A stretch of 64,000 bases of DNA from an uncultured delta proteobacterium (lineage in GTDB: Bacteria; Desulfobacterota; Binatia; Binatales; Binataceae). The stretch spans positions 32,001 through 96,000 of the forward strand of contig CAVXXK010000001.1 of assembly GCA_963765675.1 (NCBI GenBank), written 5' to 3'. Position 1 is the stretch's first letter; every line of letters starts with the position of its first letter. Under the pieces are notes generated by a model. That model ran no database searches and was not told the origin of the DNA. It saw nothing but the letters and a program-made list of their open reading frames with translations. Shown one piece after another: positions 10,213 to 19,972 of the stretch. A program made the translations under genes and the position numbers.

Positions 10213-10512
10213 ATGTTAGTATTTAATGCGTTTCTAGCGGCGTTGGCGGCGCTATTGCCCTTTTGGTTTTATCATATTGGGTTAGAGTATTCGTTCCTCC
10301 AGAAGCTGCCCTACATGTTCAGAGGCTTGGCGTGGGATCCAATCGCCTTGAACGTTCTGCTATCAATTCCTTTCGTATTTCTAGCAATTCGCGCTCTCAG
10401 GTTGGCCGGCTCATTTCGGAGGAGCGTTCGTCTGCTAATTATAGCAGCTCGGGTTTGTGTGTTTCATTTACATTTTGCGAACATTGTTCCTGTTGATAGT
10501 CTGGTCAATTAA
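10213..10512 (+). CDS. Small hydrophobic protein, putative second immunity protein
   Basis: AT-rich membrane ORF directly after the second Rhs tail. Confidence 0.4.
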   Translation: MLVFNAFLAALAALLPFWFYHIGLEYSFLQKLPYMFRGLAWDPIALNVLLSIPFVFLAIRALRLAGSFRRSVRLLIIAARVCVFHLHFANIVPVDSLVN

Positions 10513-10635
10513 TGGCTTCGCGCCCTAACGGCTGCATCGAAGTCGCGCCCGCAATATAAACACGCCGCCTCGAATGCGTGGTTGAGCGCGAGACCGAGCG
10601 TCCCGCTCACGATGCTGGCAGCGGAATAGGGTACG

Positions 10636-10763
10636 GCCATCGCGCGATGCGCGATCGGCTGGCCGCACGAGGCGCGCCCGGCGAAGAAGCATCCGCCGAA
10701 AAATCGATCGCGTGAGAGTCGGCTTGAGACTGTTCGCGAGCGGCGGTAAACAACATCAATCCG
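10636..10763 (+). repeat. Direct repeat, right boundary of Rhs islet
   Basis: Diverged copy of 6291-6419, still encoding HRAMRDRLAARGAPGEEA.AEKSIA*. Confidence 0.9.
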
Positions 10764-10812
10764 TTGGCACGTGAGCTCGCACCAGCGAAAGCAGCGCCAT
10801 ACTGGACCTACA

Positions 10813-11955
10813 ATGCAATTCGACTCGATAGTGGTGGGCGTCGGCGGGATGGGCAGCGCAGCCGCCTATCATTTGGCGCACCGCGGACAACGCGTGCTTG
10901 GACTTGAGCGCTTCGACATCCCTAACGCGATGGGTTCCTCCCACGGCGTCACGCGCATCTTCCGGCTGCCGTACTACGAGGACCCGGCCTATGTCCCCCT
11001 GCTGCGCCGGGCGTTTCAGCTATGGCGCGAAATCGAGACTCGCGCGGGTGAGCCTCTTCTGTTCGTGACCGGCTCGATTGATTCCAGCCTGGAGGACGAC
11101 GCGCTGTTTGCAGGCGCGCTTGCCTCCGCGCGCCAGCATAAGCTCCCGCACGAGGTGCTGACCGGCGCGGAAGTGAACCAACGTTTCCCAGGCTATCGTC
11201 TGCCGCCGCGTCATCGCGCGGTGTTTCAGCGCGACGGTGGGTTTGTTGCGAGCGAGCGTGCGATCGTCGCGCATGTGTGCGCCGCACAATCCGCCGGCGC
11301 CGAGATTCATGCGCGCGAGCGCGTGCTCGGCTGGGATGCCAGTAGCGGCGGGGTGCGAGTGACTACCGACAAGGGCCGCTATGACTGCGCGCATCTGATT
11401 CTCGCCGCGGGCGCGTGGATGAGCGAGCTTGCCAGTCCGCTCGGACGCCTTGCGATTCCCGAGCGCCAGGTTCTCGCGTGGTTCCAGCCTCTTCGGACCG
11501 AGTTGTATCAGCCCGATCGGTTTCCAGTCTTCAATCTATCGGTCGAGGAAGGGCGTTTTTACGGATTGCCGATCTTCCAGGTCCCGGGATTCAAGGTGGG
11601 CCGCTACCATCACCGCGAGGAAACCTCCCCTGCTGACGAGATCCGGCGCGAGATCGACGCGGAAGACGAACGCATCCTGCGCCAGTTCACCGAACGCTAT
11701 TTCCCCGCGGCCAGCGGCTCGACGATGGCACTGCGGACCTGCATTTTTACCAACACGCCTGACGAGCACTTTGTGCTCGATCGTCATCCGCAATTTCCGC
11801 AGGTGATCATCGCGTCGCCATGCTCGGGGCACGGGTATAAGTTCTGCAGCGTCATCGGCGAGATAATCGCCGACCTCGCAACTGGTGACGGAACCACGCG
11901 GCACGAGATCGGTTTCCTGAGATTGAATCGATTTACACGGGCCGCCAAAAGTTAG
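10813..11955 (+). CDS. solA: N-methyl-L-tryptophan oxidase / monomeric sarcosine oxidase family
   Basis: GxGGMG FAD motif, GSSHGVTR, C-x-FTNTPD and CSGHGYKF. Confidence 0.85.
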   Translation: MQFDSIVVGVGGMGSAAAYHLAHRGQRVLGLERFDIPNAMGSSHGVTRIFRLPYYEDPAYVPLLRRAFQLWREIETRAGEPLLFVTGSIDSSLEDDALFAGALASARQHKLPHEVLTGAEVNQRFPGYRLPPRHRAVFQRDGGFVASERAIVAHVCAAQSAGAEIHARERVLGWDASSGGVRVTTDKGRYDCAHLILAAGAWMSELASPLGRLAIPERQVLAWFQPLRTELYQPDRFPVFNLSVEEGRFYGLPIFQVPGFKVGRYHHREETSPADEIRREIDAEDERILRQFTERYFPAASGSTMALRTCIFTNTPDEHFVLDRHPQFPQVIIASPCSGHGYKFCSVIGEIIADLATGDGTTRHEIGFLRLNRFTRAAKS

Positions 11956-11987
11956 CGATCGGCCGCCAGGCAACACCGAGTCACAGC

Positions 11988-13649
11988 ATGAGCGCAATCA
12001 CGGTTTTTCAGGCACGCAAGATCATCACGATGGATCCGGGCCGCCCGGCCGCGGACTCTATCGCGGTCAGAGACGGCCGAATCGTGTCGGTTGGCACGCG
12101 CGACTCGATCGGACCGTGGTTGCGGCGTTATGAACACGTATTCGACGACTCTTTCGCCGACCGGATCATCGTGCCGGGTTTCATCGATCCGCATACTCAC
12201 TTGAGCCAATCAGGCGGTTACATGCTGCTCAACTACGTCGGTCCGATACCGTCTCCGGGAGCCGAAGGAATAAATCCCGCGCTCCCGACTCGCGAGGCGG
12301 TGTGCAATCGGCTGCGCGAGCTGGATTTGGAGTTGAAGGATCCGGACGAGCCGCTGTTCGCCTGGGGCTACGACGCCGCGATGCAGGGTGGTCATCTGGA
12401 TCGCGGCGCGCTCGACACGATCTCGAGCGAACGTCCGGTCTCGGTGCTCTCGTACGCACCGCACTTTGTGTACACGAACAGCGCGATGCTGCGGCTATTG
12501 GGGGCGACGCCGGAACTCAAGATTCACGGCGTCGGACGAACCGATGACGGGCGACTCAATGGTGTCTTCACCGAGATCGAGGCAATCGGATATGCACTGG
12601 CGCCATTTCACGGAAAAATTCTGCGGCCCGAGCAGGCGCGGCAGGGACTTCGGCGGCTGGCTGACGTCGCCAAAGCCGCGGGCGTCACCACCACCGCCGA
12701 TATGCTGTTCGGGATGAGAAATTTCGAATCCGAGTGGCGGACTCATCAAGAGGTCGTTGGCAACGAGTCGTTTCCGCTGCGGATGCTGCTGGTGCCGTGG
12801 GAGGCGCCGATTCGAGAAAAGTTCGCCGCAGACCCAGGCTCATTCATGTCCGACCTCGAATCACGCGCGAGTGAGAAGCTTCGCTTTCACGGGGTCAAGT
12901 TTTTCAGCGACGGATCGTATCCTTCGATGTCGCTGCGGCTGAAGTACCCGGGTTATCTCGACGGCGGCAATGGACTGCGCGCCGACATCCCATGGGATCA
13001 GCTCGCGCAGCGGATGTTGCCGTTCTGGAAAGCGGGCGTGCAAATTCATGCTCACGCCAACGGCGACGAAGCGATCGAGGCAGTGCTCGACGCACTTGCG
13101 CGCCTGCAATCAATCCATCCGCGCTTCGACCATCGCTTCACCATCGAGCATTACTGCATCAGCTCCCCCGACCAGGCCAGACGGCTGAAAGCGCTCGGCG
13201 GCCTCGCCAGCGTCAATCCATATTTCGTCCACTATCGAAGCCAACTTCATAGCGAGCACGGATTTGGGCCCGACCGCTCCGAGGCGACCGCGCGCCTGGG
13301 CTCGCTCGAACGCGAGGGGGTTATCTTCGCGCTGCATTCCGACTTCTCGCTCGTGGTGGCGCCGATACATCCATTGACGGCCGTCTGGATCGCGGTAAAT
13401 CGAATCGCCGCTGATGGAACGACGGTCCAGGCGCCGGGCGAACGTATCGGAGTGGAGCGGGCATTTCGCGCGATCACGATCGATGCGGCCTATGTGCTGG
13501 GGCTCGAACGCGAGCTCGGGAGCCTCGAAGCCGGCAAGCTCGCTGACTTCACGATCCTTGATGATGATCCGTTCACCTGCGACGTCAAATCGATTCACGA
13601 AATAGGGATTTGGGGCACGGTCCTGGCCGGCCGCAAACAACCGGCCTGA
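11988..13649 (+). CDS. Amidohydrolase family 3 (YtcJ-like)
   Basis: PGFIDPHTH, KFFSDGS, HANGD, IEH and GSLEAGKLADF motifs. Confidence 0.85.
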   Translation: MSAITVFQARKIITMDPGRPAADSIAVRDGRIVSVGTRDSIGPWLRRYEHVFDDSFADRIIVPGFIDPHTHLSQSGGYMLLNYVGPIPSPGAEGINPALPTREAVCNRLRELDLELKDPDEPLFAWGYDAAMQGGHLDRGALDTISSERPVSVLSYAPHFVYTNSAMLRLLGATPELKIHGVGRTDDGRLNGVFTEIEAIGYALAPFHGKILRPEQARQGLRRLADVAKAAGVTTTADMLFGMRNFESEWRTHQEVVGNESFPLRMLLVPWEAPIREKFAADPGSFMSDLESRASEKLRFHGVKFFSDGSYPSMSLRLKYPGYLDGGNGLRADIPWDQLAQRMLPFWKAGVQIHAHANGDEAIEAVLDALARLQSIHPRFDHRFTIEHYCISSPDQARRLKALGGLASVNPYFVHYRSQLHSEHGFGPDRSEATARLGSLEREGVIFALHSDFSLVVAPIHPLTAVWIAVNRIAADGTTVQAPGERIGVERAFRAITIDAAYVLGLERELGSLEAGKLADFTILDDDPFTCDVKSIHEIGIWGTVLAGRKQPA

Positions 13650-13740
13650 AAATCCTGAACAAATAAGAGGCGCGCGCCCGTGAGCCACCGTATGGGATTA
13701 GATTCTTCGGGGCGAGGATCTGTTCTCCGTTCGCGCGCGC

Positions 13741-14571
13741 CTATTTGATCGGCGGCAGAAAATCCGGGAAATCTTTCGACGGCTTCATCTTCCATGCTGG
13801 CTTGCGTTTTTGCAGGAACGCAGTGACGCCCTCATGCGAGTCCGGCTGCTTGCCGACCCACCAGAAGGCGTTCGAATCGACCGCCTGCGCCTTCTCGATA
13901 CTGTCCTCGGCGAGCAGGCCCCACGTGAGCCGCTTGGTCATCGCGACGGAAACCGGCGCGGTATTCTCGGCGATATCGAGCGCCATCTCGCGCACCTTGC
14001 CCATGAACTCCGCGTCGGGCCATACGTGGCTGACGATTCCGAACTCGAGCGCCTCTTTGGCGTTGATAATCTTCCCGGTCAGCAGCAGCTCGTTGGTTTT
14101 CGCAAGCCCGATCTGCCGCGCGACGGTCCACAGGCTCAGCGCCTCCGGGATAATTCCGCGGCGCACGAAAACGAACCCAATTCGCGCGCTCTCGGCCGCG
14201 ACACGAATATCCCACTGCATCGGCAGCGTGATTCCCATTCCGACCGCTGGACCGTTGATCGCCGCGATGATCGGCTTCTTCATATTCCAGGGACGCACCG
14301 CCGGACGCCGCGGCGTCTCGCCACGTTCGGCGCGTTTATCGGCGTTGAAAGTGTCGCCGCCGCCACCCGAAAGATCGGCGCCGGCGGAAAACGCGCGGCC
14401 CGCGCCAGTCACGACGATCACGCGCACGCTGTCGTCGCCATCAAGATCGGCGAACGCCTGGTAGAGTTCGCCACCCATCGCGGCGTTGAACGCATTAAGC
14501 TTCTCCGGCCGGTTGAGCGTGATCGTTGCCACGCTCTGCTTGATGTCGACGAGAATTGCTGTCTGAGCCAT
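13741..14571 (-). CDS. Enoyl-CoA hydratase/isomerase (crotonase)
   Basis: LNRPEKLNA, AFSAGADL and AAINGPAVG motifs. Confidence 0.9.
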   Translation of the reverse strand: MAQTAILVDIKQSVATITLNRPEKLNAFNAAMGGELYQAFADLDGDDSVRVIVVTGAGRAFSAGADLSGGGGDTFNADKRAERGETPRRPAVRPWNMKKPIIAAINGPAVGMGITLPMQWDIRVAAESARIGFVFVRRGIIPEALSLWTVARQIGLAKTNELLLTGKIINAKEALEFGIVSHVWPDAEFMGKVREMALDIAENTAPVSVAMTKRLTWGLLAEDSIEKAQAVDSNAFWWVGKQPDSHEGVTAFLQKRKPAWKMKPSKDFPDFLPPIK

Positions 14572-14649
14572 CGCACTAGCCTCCAATATGATCGCGCCCG
14601 CCCTGTCCCGCTTATACCGCGCATCGGCGGCGCTCGAAAAGCCGCAGCG

Positions 14650-14690
14650 TCCGGGATTCCTCGCGCGCCAGCCACGCGCGGGAATGACAC
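14650..14690 (-). repeat. REP-like repeat family B, partial copy
   Basis: Reverse complement gtgtcattcccgcgcg..gcgaggaatcccgga matches 21364-21408. Confidence 0.6.
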
Positions 14691-14802
14691 GCGAACTGCT
14701 TCACACGATCTCAGATCCACCGCCTCTTCGTAGGACCGCGCCGAGACGCGCCCTTCTGATGACATCCCGTTAGTACGCCACTACAATCGCATTCGAACGG
14801 AT

Positions 14803-15312
14803 TTGCAGGATGCGGAGCACGCAACCGACGATCATCTCACCGCAAGAATCCTCGGTGCTGAAGCCAAGTTGAAAATACAAACGGCACAGGCGATCGGCTT
14901 TCTGGTTGGCGCGGTGGGGGGACTGGTGGGGTTTTCACCGGCCAGCCGAATTGGAGCGGTGCTGTGGGGATTTCCCCCCACTAGTCGCGGGGGTTGGATG
15001 GCCGTCTCGGTCGTTATTCTAAGCCTTGCGACCGCCCATGGGATCGCCGCGATCTTAGCGTTGAACCAGCGACCGGCAGATTGGCACGGCAGCTTCCGGT
15101 CTCAATGGCGCCAGCTTCGGCAGGTCACCGACAAGTGCTCGTTGGGTTTCTTCCTGGCGGTGTTGGGGTGGCTTACGTACAACAGATTCACGGGCGACAT
15201 ATCGACAGAAAACTTTGTTGTGTCAGGTTCAATATTCCTTCTGATCGTGCTGTTTCTAGGCGGCGGGGTGAACAGCTTTCTGCCGCATCGACGAGAGAGG
15301 GTGCGACGGTGA
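14803..15312 (+). CDS. Hypothetical membrane protein
   Basis: About 4 hydrophobic segments; start uncertain. Confidence 0.45.
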   Translation: MQDAEHATDDHLTARILGAEAKLKIQTAQAIGFLVGAVGGLVGFSPASRIGAVLWGFPPTSRGGWMAVSVVILSLATAHGIAAILALNQRPADWHGSFRSQWRQLRQVTDKCSLGFFLAVLGWLTYNRFTGDISTENFVVSGSIFLLIVLFLGGGVNSFLPHRRERVRR

Positions 15313-15563
15313 CGCAAAACTTCCTGTCTATAGTACTTCTTTTCGCGGTCGCCGCATTTTCCGCCGTGCTCTGGTATGGCACCTATCGGCGATGGCGAGG
15401 GCTATGCGACCCTCCTGTCAAAGCTTGGTACTTCTATTCGCACTCCGCGATCAAAAAATTCTTTGGATCGCGAGCAGTCGTTGCTTTCAACTATTTCCTG
15501 GTTTTGTGGGGTATCGGATTCTGCGTGATCATCGTGGTGTCGCTGCTCCACCCGTCGCGCTGA
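15309..15563 (+). CDS. Small hypothetical two-TM protein
   Basis: GTG overlapping upstream TGA; two hydrophobic helices. Confidence 0.45.
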   Translation: MTQNFLSIVLLFAVAAFSAVLWYGTYRRWRGLCDPPVKAWYFYSHSAIKKFFGSRAVVAFNYFLVLWGIGFCVIIVVSLLHPSR

Positions 15564-15579
15564 GCGGTTTCCCCTAAAA

Positions 15580-16062
15580 CTACTTGGTGAATTCGATTGG
15601 CTGGCCGCAGGCGTTGCCGCCGGCGTTGTAGTCGTAGACCATCCGGCCGCCATAGTCGGCGCCGCGCGCGAGTACTGCGCACATCACCAGCAGGCCTACA
15701 AGGAATGCCCACCGAAACCGCGAGGGCATCGGGCGCGCCGCGAGCGCCCAGATTGTCAACGCGGCGGCGATCACGCCGGTTGCGATCATCAGATGCTCAT
15801 GATGCTCGAGCAGCGCGGTGCGCACCGACTCGGCGATCATCACGCCTTCGCCCGCTTCTAGGCCGGTTGCGATCGCCACGGCGCCGCCCACCGCGCCGAG
15901 TATCAGCGACCAGAACGCCGCCCACTTGAGCGACTCGCTGCCGATAGCTGCGGCAAGAAAGTACAGGAGCGCCGCACCACACAGAAACGCGATCGGAAAA
16001 TGAACTACGATCGGGTGAAAGTTCTGTAGATGCGACGCTCCGGGAAAGACCCGTTCGAGCAA
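15580..16062 (-). CDS. DUF2231-like membrane protein
   Basis: HPIVVHFPIA, ATG..A, HE and GG.MVY motifs. Confidence 0.75.
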   Translation of the reverse strand: MLERVFPGASHLQNFHPIVVHFPIAFLCGAALLYFLAAAIGSESLKWAAFWSLILGAVGGAVAIATGLEAGEGVMIAESVRTALLEHHEHLMIATGVIAAALTIWALAARPMPSRFRWAFLVGLLVMCAVLARGADYGGRMVYDYNAGGNACGQPIEFTK

Positions 16063-16066
16063 ACCC

Positions 16067-16432
16067 TTACTTCACGGAATCGACGGTCAGGAAATTCACG
16101 CCGCCCTTGCTGTATTCCTTGCCCGACACGGTGACCGTGTCTTCCATCTTGCTGATGACGTCGTCGGGCAGTGACTGCGCGTTCTTGGCCGGGAGCAGGA
16201 TGTAGATCTTCTTGGTGTCCGATTCGACCAGCGAAACCGGGATTCCCGCCTTGGCGCATCCGATCGCGCACTTCTGATGGCTCGCGCCGTGCGCGCCCAT
16301 CGTGCCGTAGCAGAAGCTGTCCTCGAGCGTGCCGGTTACCGACTTAGAGGTTCCGGTCTCCGCCGCCATCGCTACCGACGCGAGGCCGACTGACAGTATC
16401 AAGCCCAGACCAGCAATAAGAAATCGTTTCAT
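16067..16432 (-). CDS. Secreted OB-fold-like Cys/His protein
   Basis: Signal peptide; DSFCY..HQKCAIGCAKAG motif; good SD (GGGAGG). Confidence 0.7.
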   Translation of the reverse strand: MKRFLIAGLGLILSVGLASVAMAAETGTSKSVTGTLEDSFCYGTMGAHGASHQKCAIGCAKAGIPVSLVESDTKKIYILLPAKNAQSLPDDVISKMEDTVTVSGKEYSKGGVNFLTVDSVK

Positions 16433-16582
16433 GAGAGTCCTCCCAGGTTACTTGCCCAGCTACTTGTTTGTCGCGACAACGCCCGCAAAGGCGCCTCAAA
16501 CTCAAAGCGGAACTCGGATGCGGGTAACTCGTCGATTATTGCGGAAATGGGGCCTTCCCGCCAAGAGAGAAGATTGCGCTCT

Positions 16583-17509
16583 TTAACGGCGCGCCGAGGG
16601 CGCTTCGACCCGCGGATCGACTTCGCCGATCATCTCGCGCCATCGCGCGCGCTTGCCGGCACTGCGCGGACGCGCGCCGAGCTTCACCAAATGATGCTCG
16701 AGGACCTCTTTCAGATCCTCGGCCAGGCGCTCGATCTCGACTTCCTCGGGCATCTTGGGACGTGGTTGTCCCTCGGTCAGGCCTCCGCGCCGCCGTCCAT
16801 AGAGCTGCTGGAGCCGCAACTCCGCCTTCGCCAGCATCGCCTTGTACTTGTAATCAAGCCGGCTCAGATCTTCGGACAGATTCGCGAGCGCCACATAGCG
16901 CCGGCGCATCCGCCACCATTCGAACAGTGTGACGATCATCACCCCGAACATCAGCACCGCCGCGACGGTGGTTGAAACCGCAGTCGCGCGCCACCACGGC
17001 ATTATTCGCAGGCTCGAGGTCAGGGATTGGTTGTCTTCGCCCAGCTCCTGATTCTTTTCCTGCAGCGCGTTCAGATCGTGCTGCTCGGTTTCGGCCTTCT
17101 GCTCGGCGGTCTGCGCCTCGGCGGCAAGCGAATCGATCTGCTTTTGCATCGATTTCGCCTGCGCTTCGTACGGATTGGGCACTTTCAACTCGTCGCCGGC
17201 AATTAGTTCCTCGTCGGGACTGATCCGATTTGTATGCGCCAATTGCTCGGCCGTGAGCCCGAACATCGCCGCGACGGTTCCGAGCGTGTCGCCCGGACGA
17301 ATCGTGTACGGAATGATCGCGCGCGGATGCGGCGGCGGTTTTGGCGCGGTGTCGGCCGCGGCGGCTGGTGCGGCAGGAGCGCTCGACGCCGGAATATCTT
17401 CGTCGGAGAAGCTGCCGCTCTGCGCGAACGCGGGCGCAGCTATAGCGAAGGCAAGAATCGCCGCGAGGCAGATTCGCGAGGTTTTATCGATTATCCGTAG
17501 CGCGGGCAT
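16583..17509 (-). CDS. LysM domain membrane protein
   Basis: Signal peptide, LysM (YTIRPGDTL..LIAGDELKVP), coiled coil, TM helix, cytoplasmic tail. Confidence 0.8.
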   Translation of the reverse strand: MPALRIIDKTSRICLAAILAFAIAAPAFAQSGSFSDEDIPASSAPAAPAAAADTAPKPPPHPRAIIPYTIRPGDTLGTVAAMFGLTAEQLAHTNRISPDEELIAGDELKVPNPYEAQAKSMQKQIDSLAAEAQTAEQKAETEQHDLNALQEKNQELGEDNQSLTSSLRIMPWWRATAVSTTVAAVLMFGVMIVTLFEWWRMRRRYVALANLSEDLSRLDYKYKAMLAKAELRLQQLYGRRRGGLTEGQPRPKMPEEVEIERLAEDLKEVLEHHLVKLGARPRSAGKRARWREMIGEVDPRVEAPSARR

Positions 17510-17651
17510 AAAGCGCCACCGGGGGGCTTGACAAACAGGCTATTATAAGCGCGCAGCTAAGCAAATGGGTTAATTTTGCGCCAGTTCATCGGGGCGTAAC
17601 TATCGGATGGCGCCGCCGAAAGTGCCATTGGCACGCAAGCGGCGCGCCTGC

Positions 17652-17834
17652 CGATACCCTCTCCCACCGGGAGAGGGCGACGCGGCGCGATGCTTGCGAT
17701 TCTTTTTCGCAAGCATCGTGACGCGTGGGTGAGGGTGCTGCTCCGCTCTTCACTTTTATAATCGCGCGGCGCTGCGCGCCGCGCTGAATAAGGTCCCTCA
17801 CCTAACCTCTCCCATACTGGGCGAGGAATCAGAC
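17652..17834 (-). repeat. Dispersed palindromic repeat family A, copy 2
   Basis: Reverse complement of 2195-2373. Confidence 0.85.
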
Positions 17835-17860
17835 GGCGGATGCGCGTGCCGGAGGCGTGG

Positions 17861-18829
17861 TCATCGATGCGCGGGGTTCATCGCCGCGTAGGCGGCGCCT
17901 ACTACGCCGCCGATCGGGCCTAGCGCTGCGCGGACGATTCGCGCCTGAGCGGCGATCGCGGTGAAGGCGCGCAGGCGAACCTCGGCGGTCATCGTTTTGC
18001 GCATGTAGGGAAGCGCTCCCGCGACTCCTCCGCCGATCACAACCAGGTCGGGATTGAAGACGTTCAGCAGCGACGCGATCGCGATCCCCAGGTAGCGTCC
18101 CGACGCCGCAAACGTCTCGAGTGCGAGCCGATCGTGCGCGCGTGCACAAACCGTCATCGCGCGCACGCTAAAATTTCCGTCGGCATCGAGATACTTCGCC
18201 GGAATTCTCCTGCGCGCGCCGATCCGCCGCGCGACCAGCCCGCGTATCCCGCTCGACGACGCGTACGCCTCGACGCATCCGCGCGATCCGCAATCGCACG
18301 GCATCCCGTCCGGCTCGACCGTGATATGGCCCATCTCGCCCGCCATCCCGCTGCGTCCGTGAAAGATCTTTCCGCCGACGATCAGCCCGCCGCCGATTCC
18401 GGTGCCGAGCGTCAGCAACACAACGTCGCGATGACCCCGCGCGGCGCCGCGCCAGAACTCGCCGAGCGCCCACGCGTTGGCGTCGTTCTCGACCACGACG
18501 CGCCTGCCGAGTTCCGCTTCGAGCTTCGCTCTGAGTGGAAATGCGCGCCACGCCTTGACGTGCGGCGCCGCCATCACGATGCCCTGGTAGACGTCGAGCG
18601 GACCGGGAACGGCGACTCCGATCGCGCCCGGCGCGCCCATCCCGCGCCGTCTCGCGTCGGCTTCGAGCGCGCGAACCTGCCGCGCGATATTCGACGCGAC
18701 CGCAGGTCCATTCGAGTCCGCCTGCGACGGCGCGCGCCGCATGAACAGCACGCGGCCGTCGTGCGATACTGCGGCGCAGCGGATATTGGTTCCGCCCATG
18801 TCGAGTCCGATCACGTAGCGCGCAGGCAT
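17861..18829 (-). CDS. ROK family sugar kinase (glucokinase)
   Basis: GLDMGGT, ENDANA, GTGIGGG, GEMGH and CDCGSRGCVE motifs. Confidence 0.9.
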   Translation of the reverse strand: MPARYVIGLDMGGTNIRCAAVSHDGRVLFMRRAPSQADSNGPAVASNIARQVRALEADARRRGMGAPGAIGVAVPGPLDVYQGIVMAAPHVKAWRAFPLRAKLEAELGRRVVVENDANAWALGEFWRGAARGHRDVVLLTLGTGIGGGLIVGGKIFHGRSGMAGEMGHITVEPDGMPCDCGSRGCVEAYASSSGIRGLVARRIGARRRIPAKYLDADGNFSVRAMTVCARAHDRLALETFAASGRYLGIAIASLLNVFNPDLVVIGGGVAGALPYMRKTMTAEVRLRAFTAIAAQARIVRAALGPIGGVVGAAYAAMNPAHR

Positions 18830-18890
18830 AGCTCCTCTTCTCACCACGCCGCTCCAGCGCCGCGGGATTTTCATCGTTCGATCCGTGCGG

Positions 18891-19622
18891 TTATCGCCGC
18901 ATCACCGCCAGGTACTCGCGATTCCCCTTCGCGCCCTCGATCGGCGATTCGAGCGGGCCGTCAACCGCAAGTCCGAGACCGCGAGCGAATTCGATGATCC
19001 CCGCGACCGCTGCGATCCGCACCGTATCGTCGCGCACGATTCCGCCCTTGCCGACTTTTCCCTTGCCGACTTCGAACTGCGGCTTGATAAGCGCGATAAC
19101 TTCGGCCTTTGGGGCGGCAAGTGCAAGCACCGCCGGAATCACGAGTTTCAGCGAGATGAAGCTCGCGTCGATCGTCACGAGTTCCGGCGCATACGGAAGC
19201 TCGCCGGGATTGACGCGCCGAATATTCGTCCGGTCGAGGACGGTCACGCGCGGATCGACGCGCAGGCGTTCGAGAATCTGCCCGTAGCCGACGTCGAGTG
19301 CGATCACGTGCGCCGCGCCGCGCTTGAGCAGCACGTCGGTGAAGCCTCCCGTCGATGCGCCGACATCGAGCGCCCGGCGGCCCTCAACCGGCACCGCAAA
19401 ATGATCGAGTGCCGCGATAAGTTTGTGCGCGCCGCGGCTCGCCCACTCGGGCGGCCCGGCCAACACGACGATCTCGGCCTCCGCGGTGACGCGCTGATCG
19501 GGTTTACCGGCGGGACGCGAGTTCACGCGCACGCGCCCCGCCATGATGAGCCGCTGCGCAGCCTCGCGGCTGGGCGCAAGTCCGCGCCGCGCCATCGCCG
19601 AGTCCAGCCGCTCACGCGTCAT
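18891..19622 (-). CDS. tlyA: TlyA family rRNA 2'-O-methyltransferase
   Basis: S4 domain; SRGAHKL, DVGASTGGFTD and LIKPQFE motifs. Confidence 0.92.
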   Translation of the reverse strand: MTRERLDSAMARRGLAPSREAAQRLIMAGRVRVNSRPAGKPDQRVTAEAEIVVLAGPPEWASRGAHKLIAALDHFAVPVEGRRALDVGASTGGFTDVLLKRGAAHVIALDVGYGQILERLRVDPRVTVLDRTNIRRVNPGELPYAPELVTIDASFISLKLVIPAVLALAAPKAEVIALIKPQFEVGKGKVGKGGIVRDDTVRIAAVAGIIEFARGLGLAVDGPLESPIEGAKGNREYLAVMRR

Positions 19623-19671
19623 CGTCGGAAGCCTCGGCGCGCGCACGAAATCGCGATAGAAGCTGCGCTAT

Positions 19672-19950
19672 TCAGAACGGAATATCGTCGTCGTCAACAG
19701 GGGCCCGGCGCGGGGCGGGTTCGCCGTCGTCGAGCAGGCCGGTTGCGAGCTTGCCCTCGGCGTCGCGGGTCAGTACTTCGACTTTGCGTTCGACCTCGTC
19801 GAGTTTCTGGCTGAGCGACTTGACCAGCGCGACGCCGCGCTCGAATGCGCCGATCGATTCGTCGAGCGAGAGCTCTCCGGAATCGATCTGGTTGACAATC
19901 GTCTCGAGGTCTTTCAATTCGTCTTCGAATTTGTTCGTCTTCGCAACCAT
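19672..19950 (-). CDS. xseB: Exodeoxyribonuclease VII small subunit
   Basis: FE..L..LE.IV..I.SGELSLDESI..FERG pattern; follows xseA. Confidence 0.9.
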   Translation of the reverse strand: MVAKTNKFEDELKDLETIVNQIDSGELSLDESIGAFERGVALVKSLSQKLDEVERKVEVLTRDAEGKLATGLLDDGEPAPRRAPVDDDDIPF

Positions 19951-19972
19951 CGAGAGTCTCCCGAAGATCTCG

